DNA from: Eledone cirrhosa
Taxonomy: Eukaryota
Reading direction: 5' to 3'
Length of the DNA stretch: 64,000 bases
Assembly: GCA_964016885.1 (NCBI GenBank)
Contig: OZ024743.1
Location: 177,878,001 to 177,942,000 of the forward strand
Shown here: positions 13,211-27,619 of the stretch, in pieces
Layout of the letters: each line of letters begins with the position of its first letter
How positions within the stretch are numbered: the first letter of the stretch is position 1
Notes under the pieces: generated by a model
Told to the model about the DNA's origin: nothing
Database searches by the model: none
The model's input: only the letters and a program-made list of their open reading frames with translations
Translations under genes and position numbers: made by a program

Positions 13211-13302
13211 TATCGGTGTAAAAGGTAAACAGAAATAACAGCACAATCGGTGCAATATGGAAGGAATATATTAGGTTAACACTTGAAATAAAAGGAAAAG
13301 TG

Positions 13303-13338
13303 TCCTAACGTTTCGGACGCTAGTCCTTCATCAGAAGA
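13303..13338 (-). ncRNA. Minimal hammerhead with palindromic stem III (dimer type)
   Basis: tctt-CTGATGA-a-ggac(tagc)gtcc-GAAA-cg-TT-agga, with AACGTT palindrome. Lies in a segment bounded by (TA)n. Confidence 0.75.
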
Positions 13339-13766
13339 AAGAATGAGAAATAAGATAGATTGAAGGGACGGGCGGGGTGGAATTAGAAAAAGTGTCTTTA
13401 GATAAAAATAACAGGTCCATTCATGTTGACATCTCTCGGAAAAAAAAATATATATATAATATAATATAAAACAAAAAATAAGTGATGCATCTGAATTCAA
13501 TTTATTGTGTTACAACAGTTACGGACAGCTTGACATATGATCATTGTGTGGAGACGTGTCCATCGAACCTGTAGATCCAGAATCAGACATATCCACACAA
13601 TGATCGTTCCTCGAGCTGTCCGCCGGCGAAACAATTGTAACACACAATAAATTGATTTCAGATGCATCACTGATTTTTCGTTTTATATTATAACATACTC
13701 TGCTCTGTAAGAGCATAGAGTGCTCAACCGGCATACCGCCTATGGATACACCTTAGCTACCATCAG

Positions 13767-13854
<88 letters not shown>

Positions 13855-13856
13855 TT

Positions 13857-14062
13857 AGAAATTATAAGCTTTCACCGTATTTTAGACTAAAGATATGTCT
13901 AGCCTGATAGTGGGGTTTATAACCCTCGGAGAAATGGAAAAAGATGAGTGTTGCCGCCCATGTACGGCAACACTCATCTTTTTCCATTTCTCCTAGGGTT
14001 ATAAACCCCACTATCAGGCTAGAAATGTCTTTAGTCTAAAATACGGTGAAAGCTTATAATTC
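13857..14062. repeat. Fold-back palindrome, arms about 100 bp, between (TA)n tracts
   Basis: AATTATAAGCTTTCACCG...GTGTTGCCG-cccatgta-CGGCAACAC...CGGTGAAAGCTTATAATT with a few mismatches. Confidence 0.95.
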
Positions 14063-14131
14063 TTAATTTTTAATTTTCAAACTCGCGCACCGTTTCAAAA
14101 ACATACTTACATGTTTACATTTATAATTTGC

Positions 14132-14162
<31 letters not shown>

Positions 14163-14349
14163 CACGCATTTCATAAGAAATTGAGGAGTTATATCCTATT
14201 TAAGAAATAGTACGATCCTTTGGAATTTCGGTTTACCTGCCTTAGAAATCGTGACCGTTTCTTCGACCAGCAAGTAGCATGAATACAAATGATATGTTAT
14301 CTAGATAATAAATGTTGAAATTAAGTGTAATTATCGATATTTATAATAC

Positions 14350-14775
14350 AAATGACACATGCAAGAGGAATCAGATGTATTGTGCAGAAGAGAAGACTGC
14401 GTTGGTATGGACATGTGATTCATATAGATGATGATCGTTGGGTGAAAATCGGCCAAATAATGGAAGTGGAAGGATGCAGCAATATAGGAAGATTCCGGGA
14501 GACCTGGATGGACGTGGTAAAAGCTGATCTCAAATCGCTAAAACTCAGAGAGGAGATGATAAAGGAACGTGATAAACGGAGAAATGTTGTACTGAGAAGG
14601 ACCCATCCAACCCATGCACGCGTAGAATAACTGACGTATGATGATGTTGATGATAATGATAATGATGACAATGATGATGATGATGATAATGATGATGTTG
14701 ATGGTAAAAATGATGTAGATGATGATGACAATCTTGATGATGATGGGTATCATGACGATGATGATGATGATCGTG
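14350..14775 (+). mobile_element. RTE-clade LINE 3' fragment with (GAT)n tail
   Basis: Translates as KRRLRWYGHV...GRFRETWMDVVKADL, a typical RTE C-terminus, followed by a degenerate (GAT)n tail. Confidence 0.8.
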
Positions 14776-15131
14776 ATACAAGTTTATTTATGATATCTAG
14801 ATAAGTATTTAGCAGGAAATATTATTTTGCTGCATATGTCAGAAACTATTTGAGTAGAAAAATTAATTTCTCACCGTAAAATTTGAGTTCAGTATAATAC
14901 CACAAGTATTGATCTGTTTCCAGCTATTCGATTTTACACGAGATTAAATTTTACATGAATACATAAGGTTTTTCTCCTTGTATTATTGTCATCATTTATC
15001 ATTTGCATTATGTCAAATATAGCACTAAAGGTAAATTCTCCGACATCTCTATCTCTATCTCTTTCTCTCTCTGTCTCTCTATCTCTCCCCCCTCTCTCTC
15101 TCTCTCGCTCTCTACTTATATATATATATAT

Positions 15132-15342
15132 ATAGGAAAAAGTATGACCCCGACGGCAGAGCTCAAGCCGTTTCGACGGCTATTTCTGGACATAAGTATT
15201 GCGTCCAGAAAGAGCCGTCGAAACGGCTTGAGGTCTGCCGTCGGAGTCATACTTTTTCCTATTACCCACACTATTACCCTAAGTATTGAGTACTCTGGTG
15301 CGTTATGGTCCATCTGGTTCCTTACCACAAGTCCTTCGTTAT
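15132..15342 (+). mobile_element. Fold-back fragment of the pseudo-LTR of the 58-62 kb PLE family (3' half of the HHR only)
   Basis: 15132-15260 is palindromic. Sequence matches 62620-62752. (TA)n on both sides. Confidence 0.85.
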
Positions 15343-15697
15343 ATATATATACATATAAACATGAATTGAAAGTTTTGAACTGATGAATTTTCATAAAATT
15401 TTAGAATTCTCATTGCGCGAACGGTAAAAACTTCAAACTAAAACTAAATACTAACTAATACTTATTACTAATTTATACTTATTCCTAATTAAACTATTTT
15501 TCACTGGGAAAAATTTGTCAGTATTTTCTTTTCCTTTTTACTAATATATCACAACTCGTGTGTCACACCTCTATTTTTTAAAATATATATATATATCCAG
15601 AGAATGTTACGTGAAGTTACTGTAGGTTCACCCGGGTGAGTACTCGATATTTAGGCTCACGTTAGTATCGGGCTGTAGAGCTAGACAGAGTGTAATA

Positions 15698-15880
15698 TAA
15701 TAATTGTTTCTACTTTTGGCACAAGGCCAGCAATTATCCAGTGTATTACTGGTACTTTATTTTATCGACCCCTTAAGGATGAAAGGCAAAGTTAACCTTG
15801 GCGGGATTTGAACACAGAATGGCAAGGGCCGTAACTCTATGCGTCAAAGCATGACGTCCGACCCTCTACCGATACTGCCA
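15698..15880 (-). mobile_element. SINE copy
   Basis: Near full-length minus-strand match to 3794-3986. Confidence 0.9.
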
Positions 15881-15926
15881 AATAATACAAGGACGAATGG
15901 TTACTCCTTCATTACGTTTATTGGTT

Positions 15927-16011
15927 GGTGACGCGCGTTTCGCTACAGATCAGCTCAACGTTCGATCTGTATCGATGTGGCTCGACTCTAGAATCACAAG
16001 CTCGTCGGACC
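15927..16011 (-). ncRNA. Hammerhead motif with CCGACGA core and branched stem II
   Basis: ggt-CCGACGA-gct[sub-hairpins incl. acagatc/gatctgt]agc-GAAA-cgcgcg-TC-acc, then AATAAA. Confidence 0.65.
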
Positions 16012-16309
16012 TCTGTAGTAATAATTGTTTCTACTATTGGTACAAGGCCGGAAATTACCCAGTATATTACTGGTACTTTATTCTATCGTCCCGGTAAGGA
16101 TAAAAGGCAAAGATAACCTCGACGGGACTTGAACTCAGACCGTAAATAATGACCTATACGCCTGAGTGAGTGGGCACACAGGTTTATTTATTTATTTATT
16201 TTCCTTTTTTATACTCTCTCACACAACATCGTTTCTATAAGTTTTCTTAATAGCTTTCTCTACTTTCTACAGTCTTCACAAAACTGGCTTCATACCATAT
16301 TTCCTCAGT

Positions 16310-16355
<46 letters not shown>

Positions 16356-16729
16356 TATATATATTTTCACACACTAACCTCTTACCACTCCCATCTCCTC
16401 ATTAATTCCTTATAGCAATGTCTAAACGTATAATTAAACACCGTAGTCTTTCATCTCATATCCTCCACAGCCCCACCACCGCAACCACACCACACACAGC
16501 ACCTCAGTCTCACCACATACACGCCTACATGTCTAGGGCGAGCCAAAACATCACACCCGCTACTCGCATCAACCTTTGCTCTTCAGCACTAACTCGTCAC
16601 TACGCCCACCCCTCCACCCACCCCCCACACACACCCTATCTTACAGGCCAAAACATTCCTCATAATTAACCCACCAATAAAAAAAAATGTTTATGTGCCA
16701 TGTATATTCATTGTCATTACTACTACAGA

Positions 16730-16804
16730 GGTCCGACGAGCTATTGATTCCAGAATCAGGCCAGACCGAACCATGAGCTAATGAGTAGCGAAACGTGCGT
16801 CACC
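16730..16804 (+). ncRNA. Hammerhead motif with CCGACGA core (inverted partner of 15927-16011)
   Basis: ggt-CCGACGA-gcta[ttgattc-ca-gaatcag...]tagc-GAAA-cgtgcg-TC-acc, AATAAA at 16809, then (TA)n. Confidence 0.65.
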
Positions 16805-16843
16805 AACCAATAAACGTAATAAAAGCGCAACCATTCGTTCTTG

Positions 16844-16924
<81 letters not shown>

Positions 16925-16929
16925 CATAT

Positions 16930-17632
16930 ATGAAAATAAACGTGCTGCGGCGTTGCTAATGGGTTACATATGAATAAAGTTAGTCCTTCATCAGTGATCT
17001 TCCAACCATCATTGGTATTTCATCGCTTTAAAGACCATATACCTCCGGTTGATGCGAGCAACGGCTAAAAAAGTCGTTGGGACACGTAAATAAAGGGGAC
17101 AAGAATGTAAACAACAAAAATGGTGAGCAACGAAAAGTGATGAAGAAGAAGTCAAGTCCCAAATTTCTATGAATTTAAATTCGGTGAAATCGTGAACGAG
17201 AGAGAATAAAGACCATCAAACCAGGTTGGAATGTAAGCAAGGAAGGAATTCCGCACAGGTCTAACGGGAGGAAGAAGGGATCTAGTCTGTGATTTCGGTG
17301 AACGTGAGTTCTGTGAAATCGTTGACGAGAGAGAGAAAAAGAACGACCTGCTAGACCAAGAGTGCGAAAGAAAAGAATTACGCACAGGTCAAACAGGAAG
17401 AAGGAGGAGGAGGAAAGGTAGTAACAGAGAATGAGTGAGTGAAGGGTGAGGAAGAGGCTAACAGAGAGAATGACTGCTAGAGAGGGTAAAGATACAGAGA
17501 AAGAGGAAGCGGTAAGAACGAAATAGACGTGTAACAGCGGGGAAAAAAATATGTGTAAATATGAAAATAAACGTGCTGCGGCGTTGTTAATGGGTTACAT
17601 ATGAATGAAGTTAGTCCTTCATCAGTGATCTC
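16930..17632 (-). mobile_element. About 700-bp non-coding element with about 70-bp terminal direct repeats, inserted in (TA)n; partial inverted relative at 18200-18512
   Basis: 16930-17000 matches 17561-17631. 18200-18512 is a diverged reverse complement of about 16945-17255. Confidence 0.7.
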
Positions 17633-18111
17633 TATATATATATGTATATATATTTCAAGGGAAGGACAAATAGAGGCACAAAAAGTGTTATTAGTCTCAG
17701 GCTTTATGTAGAAAAGGAGGAAAGATAGTTCGATGTGTCGGGCTTTAGCCCTTCTTCATGAATACAGAATAGAGACAGGATCAAAAAGGATAGATACAAA
17801 AAAAAGAATAAGATGAGGTGAAGTAGTTATTCTATATGAAAATTACAAAAAAGCACATACATTATGCTGTCTATCATCAATTCTTTCTAAGGATTAACAG
17901 CAGAGTGAATATGCCATGGATTCGTCTGCACATCAATAATTTTGCACTCTGAAACGATCACGAAACGATGGATTATTTAAATACTTTACTTTGTTTTATT
18001 CTTGCAAAAAAAAAAAGTAATTTCTCTCTGCTTTTATAAGATATTCACATCAACACTAGGGTGAGATCTAATATGGCTGTAATTCATACCTTGACCAAGT
18101 ACATTAATATA

Positions 18112-18192
<81 letters not shown>

Positions 18193-18521
18193 GTATATAT
18201 GTGCGAAATTCCTTCCTTGCTCACATTTCAACCAGATTTGATGGTCTTTTGTCTCTTGTTCACGATATCACCGAGTTTATATTCATAGAAATCTGGGACT
18301 TGTCTCTTTCTTCTCACTTTCCGTTGCTTAAACCATTTTGTTTGTTACCCTAACGTCCCCTTTATTTACGTGTCCCAACGACTTTTTTTAGCCGTTGTTC
18401 GCACCAACCTGAGGTATATGGCCCTTAAAGCGATGAAATGCCTAAGACGGTTGGAGGGTCACTGATGAAGGACTTACTTTTTCATATGTACCCCATTTGC
18501 AACGCGCAGCTCATCATTATT

Positions 18522-18820
<299 letters not shown>

Positions 18821-19959
18821 ATATATATATATATAACGGCGATGAATTAGTTTTGCGAGGTTGTTGATATGAAATCGTGTGTCGAAACAAATATTGCTAT
18901 AATTGGGGAGGGTCATATTGGTATAATATTGCCAGAATTAATAACAGAACACACTCACTGTTTGGTTGGTTTTCGCTTTTCGCTTCTGTGACTTTTATAT
19001 CGGTAATCTAATTTATTCGGTCCTCAATATTGCCATTGACTGACCAACGGTCAAAAATAATACAATATAGACACAAACACATATATATAGTTTATCAAAG
19101 TTCTTTCGTTGCACATCTGCAACCACGTCAGTGGTGCTATTGTTTCCTCCCGTTGCATTGTATTTTCTACGCCATCTTTATTTAGTCTGTTTATATATTT
19201 ATTTATTAGTTTATTTTATTTTGTTTTCTTTGCGCATGCGTTTGCGTGTGTGTAGAGTGTTTTGTTTGATGTCTGTTCGTGATTGGGTGACTGTGTATTG
19301 GTTAATGTATTCTATCTTTACTAGTGTGTGTTTATATGTGTTTGTTGTTATTGTGCTTGTGTATGTATTTATTTATTTATTTATCTACGTATTTATTTAT
19401 ACTTCTCTTAGGTCAGTGTTGTTTGTTTAGGTGTTGTTGTTATTCCATTCATTCTTTCTGTTTAGCCTTGGCCTTCTAAGTTCTATTTCACTGGCCTCTC
19501 TGATTTGCCTATCTGCTGGGTCATTTCTATGTTTAGATATTATTCTAATTTCTATGTTGTCTATATTACCGTCGTGTTGTTGTCTGGCATGTTCGTATAG
19601 TACTGAACCGTTTTTTCGTCCTTTTAGTTCCCCCTAGTGTTGGTCTATCTTCTCACCTATGCTACGAGCTGTCTCGCCTATGTATGTTGTTGTCATGTTT
19701 CTGCAAGTACTCTCTGTACAACTTATGCTATAGACTACGTATCTAGTTTTACAGTTTATCCGGTGGTTTACCTTACATATGATACATTTCCTATTAGTAC
19801 AGTGGGTTTTCTTAAAAGGGTACGTTTTGCTGATCAGGAATTTTATGGTGGTTCCTGGCTTTTCTACCACCTTAATCTTTAAGTGGGTCTTTCTCAGGGC
19901 CTTTCTACACTGGTTAGCTAATTTCCCTCCAGGGTTGCATACCACAACAAATAGATGAC

Positions 19960-22245
19960 GTGACAGAGGCACAGTTCACCATAGTTAGAAATAAGATTAG
20001 ACAAATAGTAGACCGGTATACTAAGAGACAGAGCAGACCAGAGGCCCAACAACTTGGGAGGAAACCTGTAGAAGGCTTGGTTAGCCTCAAGCAGCACACA
20101 AGGGATGGTGAGGTAGTATGTCTACCCACGGATAAGTCTGGTAGGATGTCAATCGATAGCATGCCGAACTACATCAAGGCTATGCAACCCCACATCACCA
20201 ACACGAGCGAAATTGCACAGCAAACACATGATGGGATAGAGAAAATCCTCAACGCTCACATGATGATGTGGACCGACATCCTAAAGCCAAGCAGACGCAC
20301 TGCAAATAACTTCCAGGCGTCTAACAATACCATACCATCCTTGTATGGGATCCAGAAAGACAACAAGACAGTCGACGACCCGCAACAGGACCACCAACAA
20401 TCCCATATGCGGAGCAAATATAGCTAGCAAATACAGGATCTCCTACTTCCTCTCAATGGTTATACGCCCCATAATCAAGATGTCCCCAGATGTATGTGAC
20501 AGTACAGAGGACCTCCTCAGCAGAATCAGTGAGTGCAACAAAAACAGGAACATATCCAACTGCATAATAGGCTGCATGGATGTGGTGTCACTGTACCCAT
20601 CCACTAACATTGATTTTGCTGTGGAAAAATGTGTGGAGATCATCATTGAGAGTGAGGTGGAGTTCTGCGACGTTGACACAGAAGAACTGGGCCTCCTACT
20701 TAGACTTACCTACGACACTGACTACCTAGACAGCCATGACCTTAGACGTTTCTGCCCTAGTAGACCTATAAGAGGTAGACTCCCCACCATAACGTCAATG
20801 GCTAAAAAGACTCCCATGGGAAGGTGGATTGGGTGGACCAATGCTATACGCACCCCCCAAAACAATGATCAGGTAAGAAAAATGGTCGCACATGCAATAG
20901 GGGCTTGTATCAAAACTACCCTAAATGTCCACATATTCAAGTTCAACGACAAGATCTCCACCCAAAATGAGGGAGCAGCCATTGGCGTCAACATAGCTGG
21001 CGATGTTGCCAACCTTTTTATGGTATGGTGGGAAAGGAGACTTAAAGATCTCCTTAATGAGAGCTCCATAGACCTCATCATGTACTCTCGTTACGTAGAC
21101 GATATCAATATAGTTATAAGAACATCCCCACTAGAGAGCACTAAAAAGTTTGATTTAGAACGTAGCACAATGGAAAGCATCCAGCAGATAGCTAATTCCA
21201 TACACCAGAGTATAACTGTAACTATCGAGTACCCTTCCAAACACCCTAACAATAGACTACCTGTATTAGACACGGAACTCTGGATTAACACTATAGACGT
21301 GAGAGCCCAAATTCTCCACTCACACTATGCTAAACCCATGGCCTCCAAATACCTGATACTCAAAAACTCACCAATGTCCAGTAGTTCTAAGTTTAATATT
21401 CTGACCGCAGATTTGGTACGAGTGATGAAGAATGTGTCCCGCATGTGCGACCAAACAGAAATAGAAAGACACATCCACACTTCATCAACCGCATGCAGTT
21501 CTCTGGCTACAAGCAAAGAGACAGAGTCAGAGTATACGAAGGAGCCATGGAGAAGTATAAGACCCTCATAGAACTGGACAGGAAAGGAATTTGCCCATTA
21601 TACAGGAGCGAATCATGGAATAGCTTAGATAGGGCTAGACATAAGATAGGGAAAGCCACCTCATGGTACGACAACCAGAGATACAAGTGTGTCATGTTTG
21701 TGGACGCGACCCCTGGAGGGAAATTAGCTAACCAGTGTAGAAAGGCCCTGAGAAAGACCCACTTAAAGATTAAGGTGGTAGAAAAGCCAGGAACCACCAT
21801 ACAATCCCTGATCAGCAAAACCTACCCTTTTAAGAAAACCCACTGTACTAATAGGAAATGTATCATATGTAAGGTAAACCCCATGATAAACTGTAAAACT
21901 AGAAACTTAGTCTATAGCATAAGATGTACAGAGGGTACTTGCAGAAACATGACAACAACATACATAGGCGAGACAGCTCGTAGCATAGGTGAAAGGATAG
22001 ACCAACACTGGGGGAACTAAAAGGACAAAAAAACGGATCAGTACTATACGAACATGCCAGACAACAACACGACGGTAACATAGACACCATAGAAATTAGA
22101 ATAATATCTAAACATAGAAATGACCCAGCAGATAGGCAAATCAGAGAGGCCAGTGAAATAGAACTTAGAAGGCCAAGGCCAAACAGAAAGAATGAATGGA
22201 ATAACAACAACACCCAAACAAACAACACTGACCTAAGAGAAGTAT
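19960..22245 (+). pseudogene. Frameshifted PLE RT + GIY-YIG endonuclease ORF (CCHH-type EN, Cys-rich linker; Neptune-like, clade tentative)
   Basis: Motifs LPTDKSG, MDVVSLYPS, GAAIG..IAGDVANLFM, RYVDD, LPVLD, CTNRKCIIC, VYSIRC...C...YIGETARSIGERIDQH and LYEH, spread over at least 4 frames. Confidence 0.92.
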
Positions 22246-22503
22246 AAATAAATAAATAGATAAATAAATAAATAAATACATACACAAGCACAATAACAAC
22301 AAACACATATAAACACACACTAGTAAAGATAGAATACATTAACCAATACACAGTCACCGAATCACGAACACACATCAAACAAAACACTATACACACATGC
22401 AAACGCATGTGCAAAGAAGACAACATAAACTAATAAATAAATATATAAACAGACTAAACAAAGATGGCGTAGAAAATACAATGCAACGGGAGGAAACAAT
22501 AGC

Positions 22504-22545
22504 ACCACTGACGTGGTTGCAGATGTGCAACGAAAGAACTTTGAT
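22504..22545 (+). ncRNA. Hammerhead motif in the PLE pseudo-LTR, core CTGACGT (A9 altered); identical inverted copy at 19094-19135
   Basis: acca-CTGACGT-g-gttgca(gatg)tgcaac-GAAA-gaac-TT-tgat. Confidence 0.6.
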
Positions 22546-22807
22546 AAACTATATATATGTGTTTGTGTCTATATTGTATCTGTATTATTTTTGACCGTTG
22601 GTCAGTCAATGGCAACATTGAGGACCGAATAAATTAGATTACCGATATAAAAGTCACAGAAGCGAAAAGCGAAAACCAACCAAACAGTGAGTGTGTTCTG
22701 TTATTAATTCTGGCAATATTACACCAATATGACCCTCCCCAAGTATAACAATATATATATATATATATATATATACATTCATTATTATTTACATTCATTA
22801 CATTCAT

Positions 22808-23000
22808 AAGGGCGGTGGATTGGCAGTATCGGTGGAGGGTCGGACGCCATGCTTTCCAGCATAGTTACGTCCCTTTACGATCTGAGTTGAAATCCCGCCG
22901 AGGTTGACTTTGCCTTTCATCCTTACGGGGTCGATAAAATAAGTACGAGTAATGCACTGGGTAATTGCTGGCCTTGTGCCTAAAGTAGAAACAATTATTA
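22808..23000 (+). mobile_element. Full-length SINE with TSD
   Basis: SINE core, flanked by ATTATTATTTACATTCATTA repeats. Confidence 0.9.
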
Positions 23001-23016
23001 TTTACATTCATTATAA

Positions 23017-23118
23017 AGGTGAGTTTTATTACGCTCGAGTTTCGTCTGTTTATCAGAGTCATCAGCCAACTGATGACTCTGTCTTAAACAGCAAAACTCC
23101 AGAGTAACAAGACTCACT
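23017..23118. repeat. Old fold-back centred on two back-to-back decayed HHR cores
   Basis: CAGAGTCATCAG-ccaa-CTGATGACTCTG centre. Minus arm reads CTGATGA-ctctg(ataaa)cagac-GAAA-ctcgag. Confidence 0.6.
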
Positions 23119-23199
23119 TTTTTGTATAATAACAGCGAATATTAAAACTCTACTTCAGTATTGAGTACTCCTTTCTCTCAGCCATCAACCCCGCATGTG

Positions 23200-23232
<33 letters not shown>

Positions 23233-23236
<4 letters not shown>

Positions 23237-24590
23237 CGAAGGAAATGTGGTAAGGAACCAGGTGGACCATAACGCACCAAAGTACTCAATACTTAGGGTA
23301 GTAGAGTGGCTAATAGGAACGAGTAGGGCCCCGACGGCTGAGCACAAGCCATTTCGACGGCTAATTCTGGACTAAACAAAAAATGTTATCCTGGTATTTG
23401 AATAGCCGAGCTTCTCAGGGGGTAATTCCATATATGGTAAAAGTGATTGTCACAAGGATTGGTCACAAGTTTGTTGTCGAGACATAATAATTATATCATG
23501 GCAATTTGTGGAGGAAAGGGGTAGCTGAACCTGCCAGTAGAAGAAACAGGGAGAGTGGGTGGAGGGAACCCAGTCGTGCGTTGATAGTGCCAACTACAGC
23601 TGGGCATGAGGTCAAAGAAGATACTAGGGGGGTGGAGGAAGTCGAAACAATAAGTAAAACGATATGGGGTAAATATATAGATAAATACCGAGAGTGTTAA
23701 AAAACAATTAAATGTAAAAATAAAAATTTAAAAAAAATAAAAATTTCTGGTTAACCTAAGGACAGCTATCAAGTCTCTCACTGGTACTGCTAGACTAAAG
23801 AAATGTTTACTGGTTAACCTAAGGACAGCTATCAAGTCTCTCACTGGTACTGCTAGACTAAAGAAATGTTTACTAGGTGGGACGGAATTATAATGAGACC
23901 CTTTTAAGAGGTATAAATAAACAACTGAATATATCTTACGGTGACGGGTCAACAAGTGGGGGGCCAAAATACTAATGAAACTACCACGAAATAATATTTC
24001 AGAGTCCCGAGACCAGTACGAAATAAAGGTTTCCACCCAGACACAAGGCCAGCAACCACCCAGTGCAAAAAAAAAAAAAGATAAACTAATACGAAATAAT
24101 AATTCAGAATCCCGAAAAAGAAAACTAATACTATCTCTAAGGGTGTCGCCACGATACAAAATTCTAGTGCAAACTACATAAATGCTCGTACGAAGTATAT
24201 GTAAAATTTGATACGGAAAATTAATTCAGAACCCCCCCCCCCCCCCAAAAAAAAAATATAAATACTGATATACGAGAAATTAAAGCAAAGATACCACTAA
24301 GGAATATAGAAAGCACGGCATAGGGGCAGCCATCGGGTAAGAAGGCAAGTATCCGGGGTCTAACACATCTGCTATACAAAGCGGCGTCGGCCAAATCTAT
24401 CATAGAATAGGGGAAGGGGGTGGGAGTACTGAGGCTACAAAGGACCGAGGAGCTGCCTAGGGTGGGCGAGAAAGTAAAAGGACGACGACAAATGATAGAT
24501 TTGGCCGGCGCCGCTTTGTATAGCAGATGTGTTAGACCCCGGATACTTGCCTTCTTATCCGATGGCTGCCCCTTTTCTGTGCTTTCTATA
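23233..24590 (-). mobile_element. 3' UTR + pseudo-LTR of a diverged subfamily of the 58-62 kb PLE, with 5' inversion
   Basis: Collinear with 58321-59460 and 61868-62330. 24492-24590 is an inverted copy of 24304-24401. Confidence 0.88.
23328..23423 (-). ncRNA. Large Type I hammerhead motif, core CTGAGAA (C3/A8 mismatch)
   Basis: acccc-CTGAGAA-gctcggcta[...]tagccgtc-GAAA-tggcttgtgctcagccg-TC-ggggc. Confidence 0.6.
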
Positions 24591-24594
24591 TTCC

Positions 24595-26570
<1,976 letters not shown>

Positions 26571-26689
26571 AAGAAAATTAGGATGTTGTTGTTATTCAAT
26601 TCGGAGCTTTGTAGTTTCTAGAGATGTGGACAATGTGTGAAGATTTCATTGCTTTTGTTTAGACAATCGCTATTGCGTAATCTCCTTAG

Positions 26690-27165
26690 AATATTTATCC
26701 GTCCATCAATACATAGTCCACAAGACGGATTGCCCCTTGCGTATGGCTTGGACTTATTATAGGCTTTCCATTGAATAGAGTAGTCTATACTTGAGTCCTT
26801 GAGAGACCATACGTGGCTCGCGAGTTTCGTGGATGATCGCCCTGGTAAAGAACAGGGTGGCCTCTCTCACCCAGAAATGGGTTAAGAGGAAGCTGTCCCT
26901 GAAAGTTCGGGCAGAGGTGGAGAATGCATTCATCGCATCCGTCATCTGCTACCGCCTTACCGTTGTGTCTTGCCCCGGCCCAACTCGGACAAAAATGTAG
27001 CACCTCTTCTTCGCTTTTTATGGAAGGGACGTGATCCCATGGTCAGACGATTCATCTGCTGTCAACACCCGTTGCGCGGAGGGCTGGGCTTGCCGTGGCT
27101 GATATGCCCAAACACCCGCTAAGGCTGCGACATCTCTGGTGCTTCCTTGATGGTGCAAAAATGAG
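26690..27165 (+). pseudogene. Decayed L1/Tx1-like LINE RT fragment
   Basis: GC-richer segment with remnants such as RKLSLKVRAEV and ICCQHPLRGGLGLPWL. Confidence 0.6.
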
Positions 27166-27280
27166 GACACACACACATTTCACTTTTATATATATGTATA
27201 GATATACATACATATACAAACACATATACGCATATATATGTATATACATATATACATATATATAAATATACACATACAAA

Positions 27281-27520
27281 TCTATCTATCTATCTATCTA
27301 TCAAGGGCGGGTAAAATTCCCGAGATCCTTGGACGAGTTCACTCCAGTGGTCTCTGTCCCTCATTATCGCTGCCATCTCCTGCGTCTCCAACAAAGCAGT
27401 GTCTGTCCATAGGGCATCAACGTATGTTAACTTCGTTCTTCCTCTTCCAGTGTGTCCATGCAGGGGCTCCCACAGGAGCACTGAGTGCAGTGTCGACTCT
27501 GGATGTCGGTGAGCATGTCC
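27281..27520 (-). mobile_element. RTE LINE 3' fragment with (GATA)n tail
   Basis: GHAHRHPE...VLLWEPLHGHTGRGRTKLTYVDAL...MRDRDHW. Confidence 0.85.
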
Positions 27521-27522
27521 AG

Positions 27523-27619
27523 TTCGTGAGTTTTTAACAGGCACTCACAAATAAACGTTTCTCATTGGAGGTGCTATTGCCAATGTTATTACCCGTGCAA
27601 CGCCGGGATACACTGCTAG
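27523..27619 (+). mobile_element. Helitron 3'-end fragment
   Basis: Hairpin CCCGTGCAACGCCGGG followed by CTAG|T. Matches the ends at 11476 and 34757. Confidence 0.75.

Larger units (their letters stand above)
18835..22757 (+). mobile_element. Penelope-like element, 5'-truncated, with about 1.05-kb inverted 5' copy of its 3' end
   Basis: 18890-19935 is the reverse complement of 21710-22755. RT and GIY-YIG coding remnants lie inside. (TA)n at both ends. Confidence 0.92.

Noticed and set aside
17729-17762. HHR relic ATGAAGA-a-gggc(taaa)gccc-GACA on the minus strand
   Set aside because: Both core segments are mutated. Probably a real fossil but not callable.
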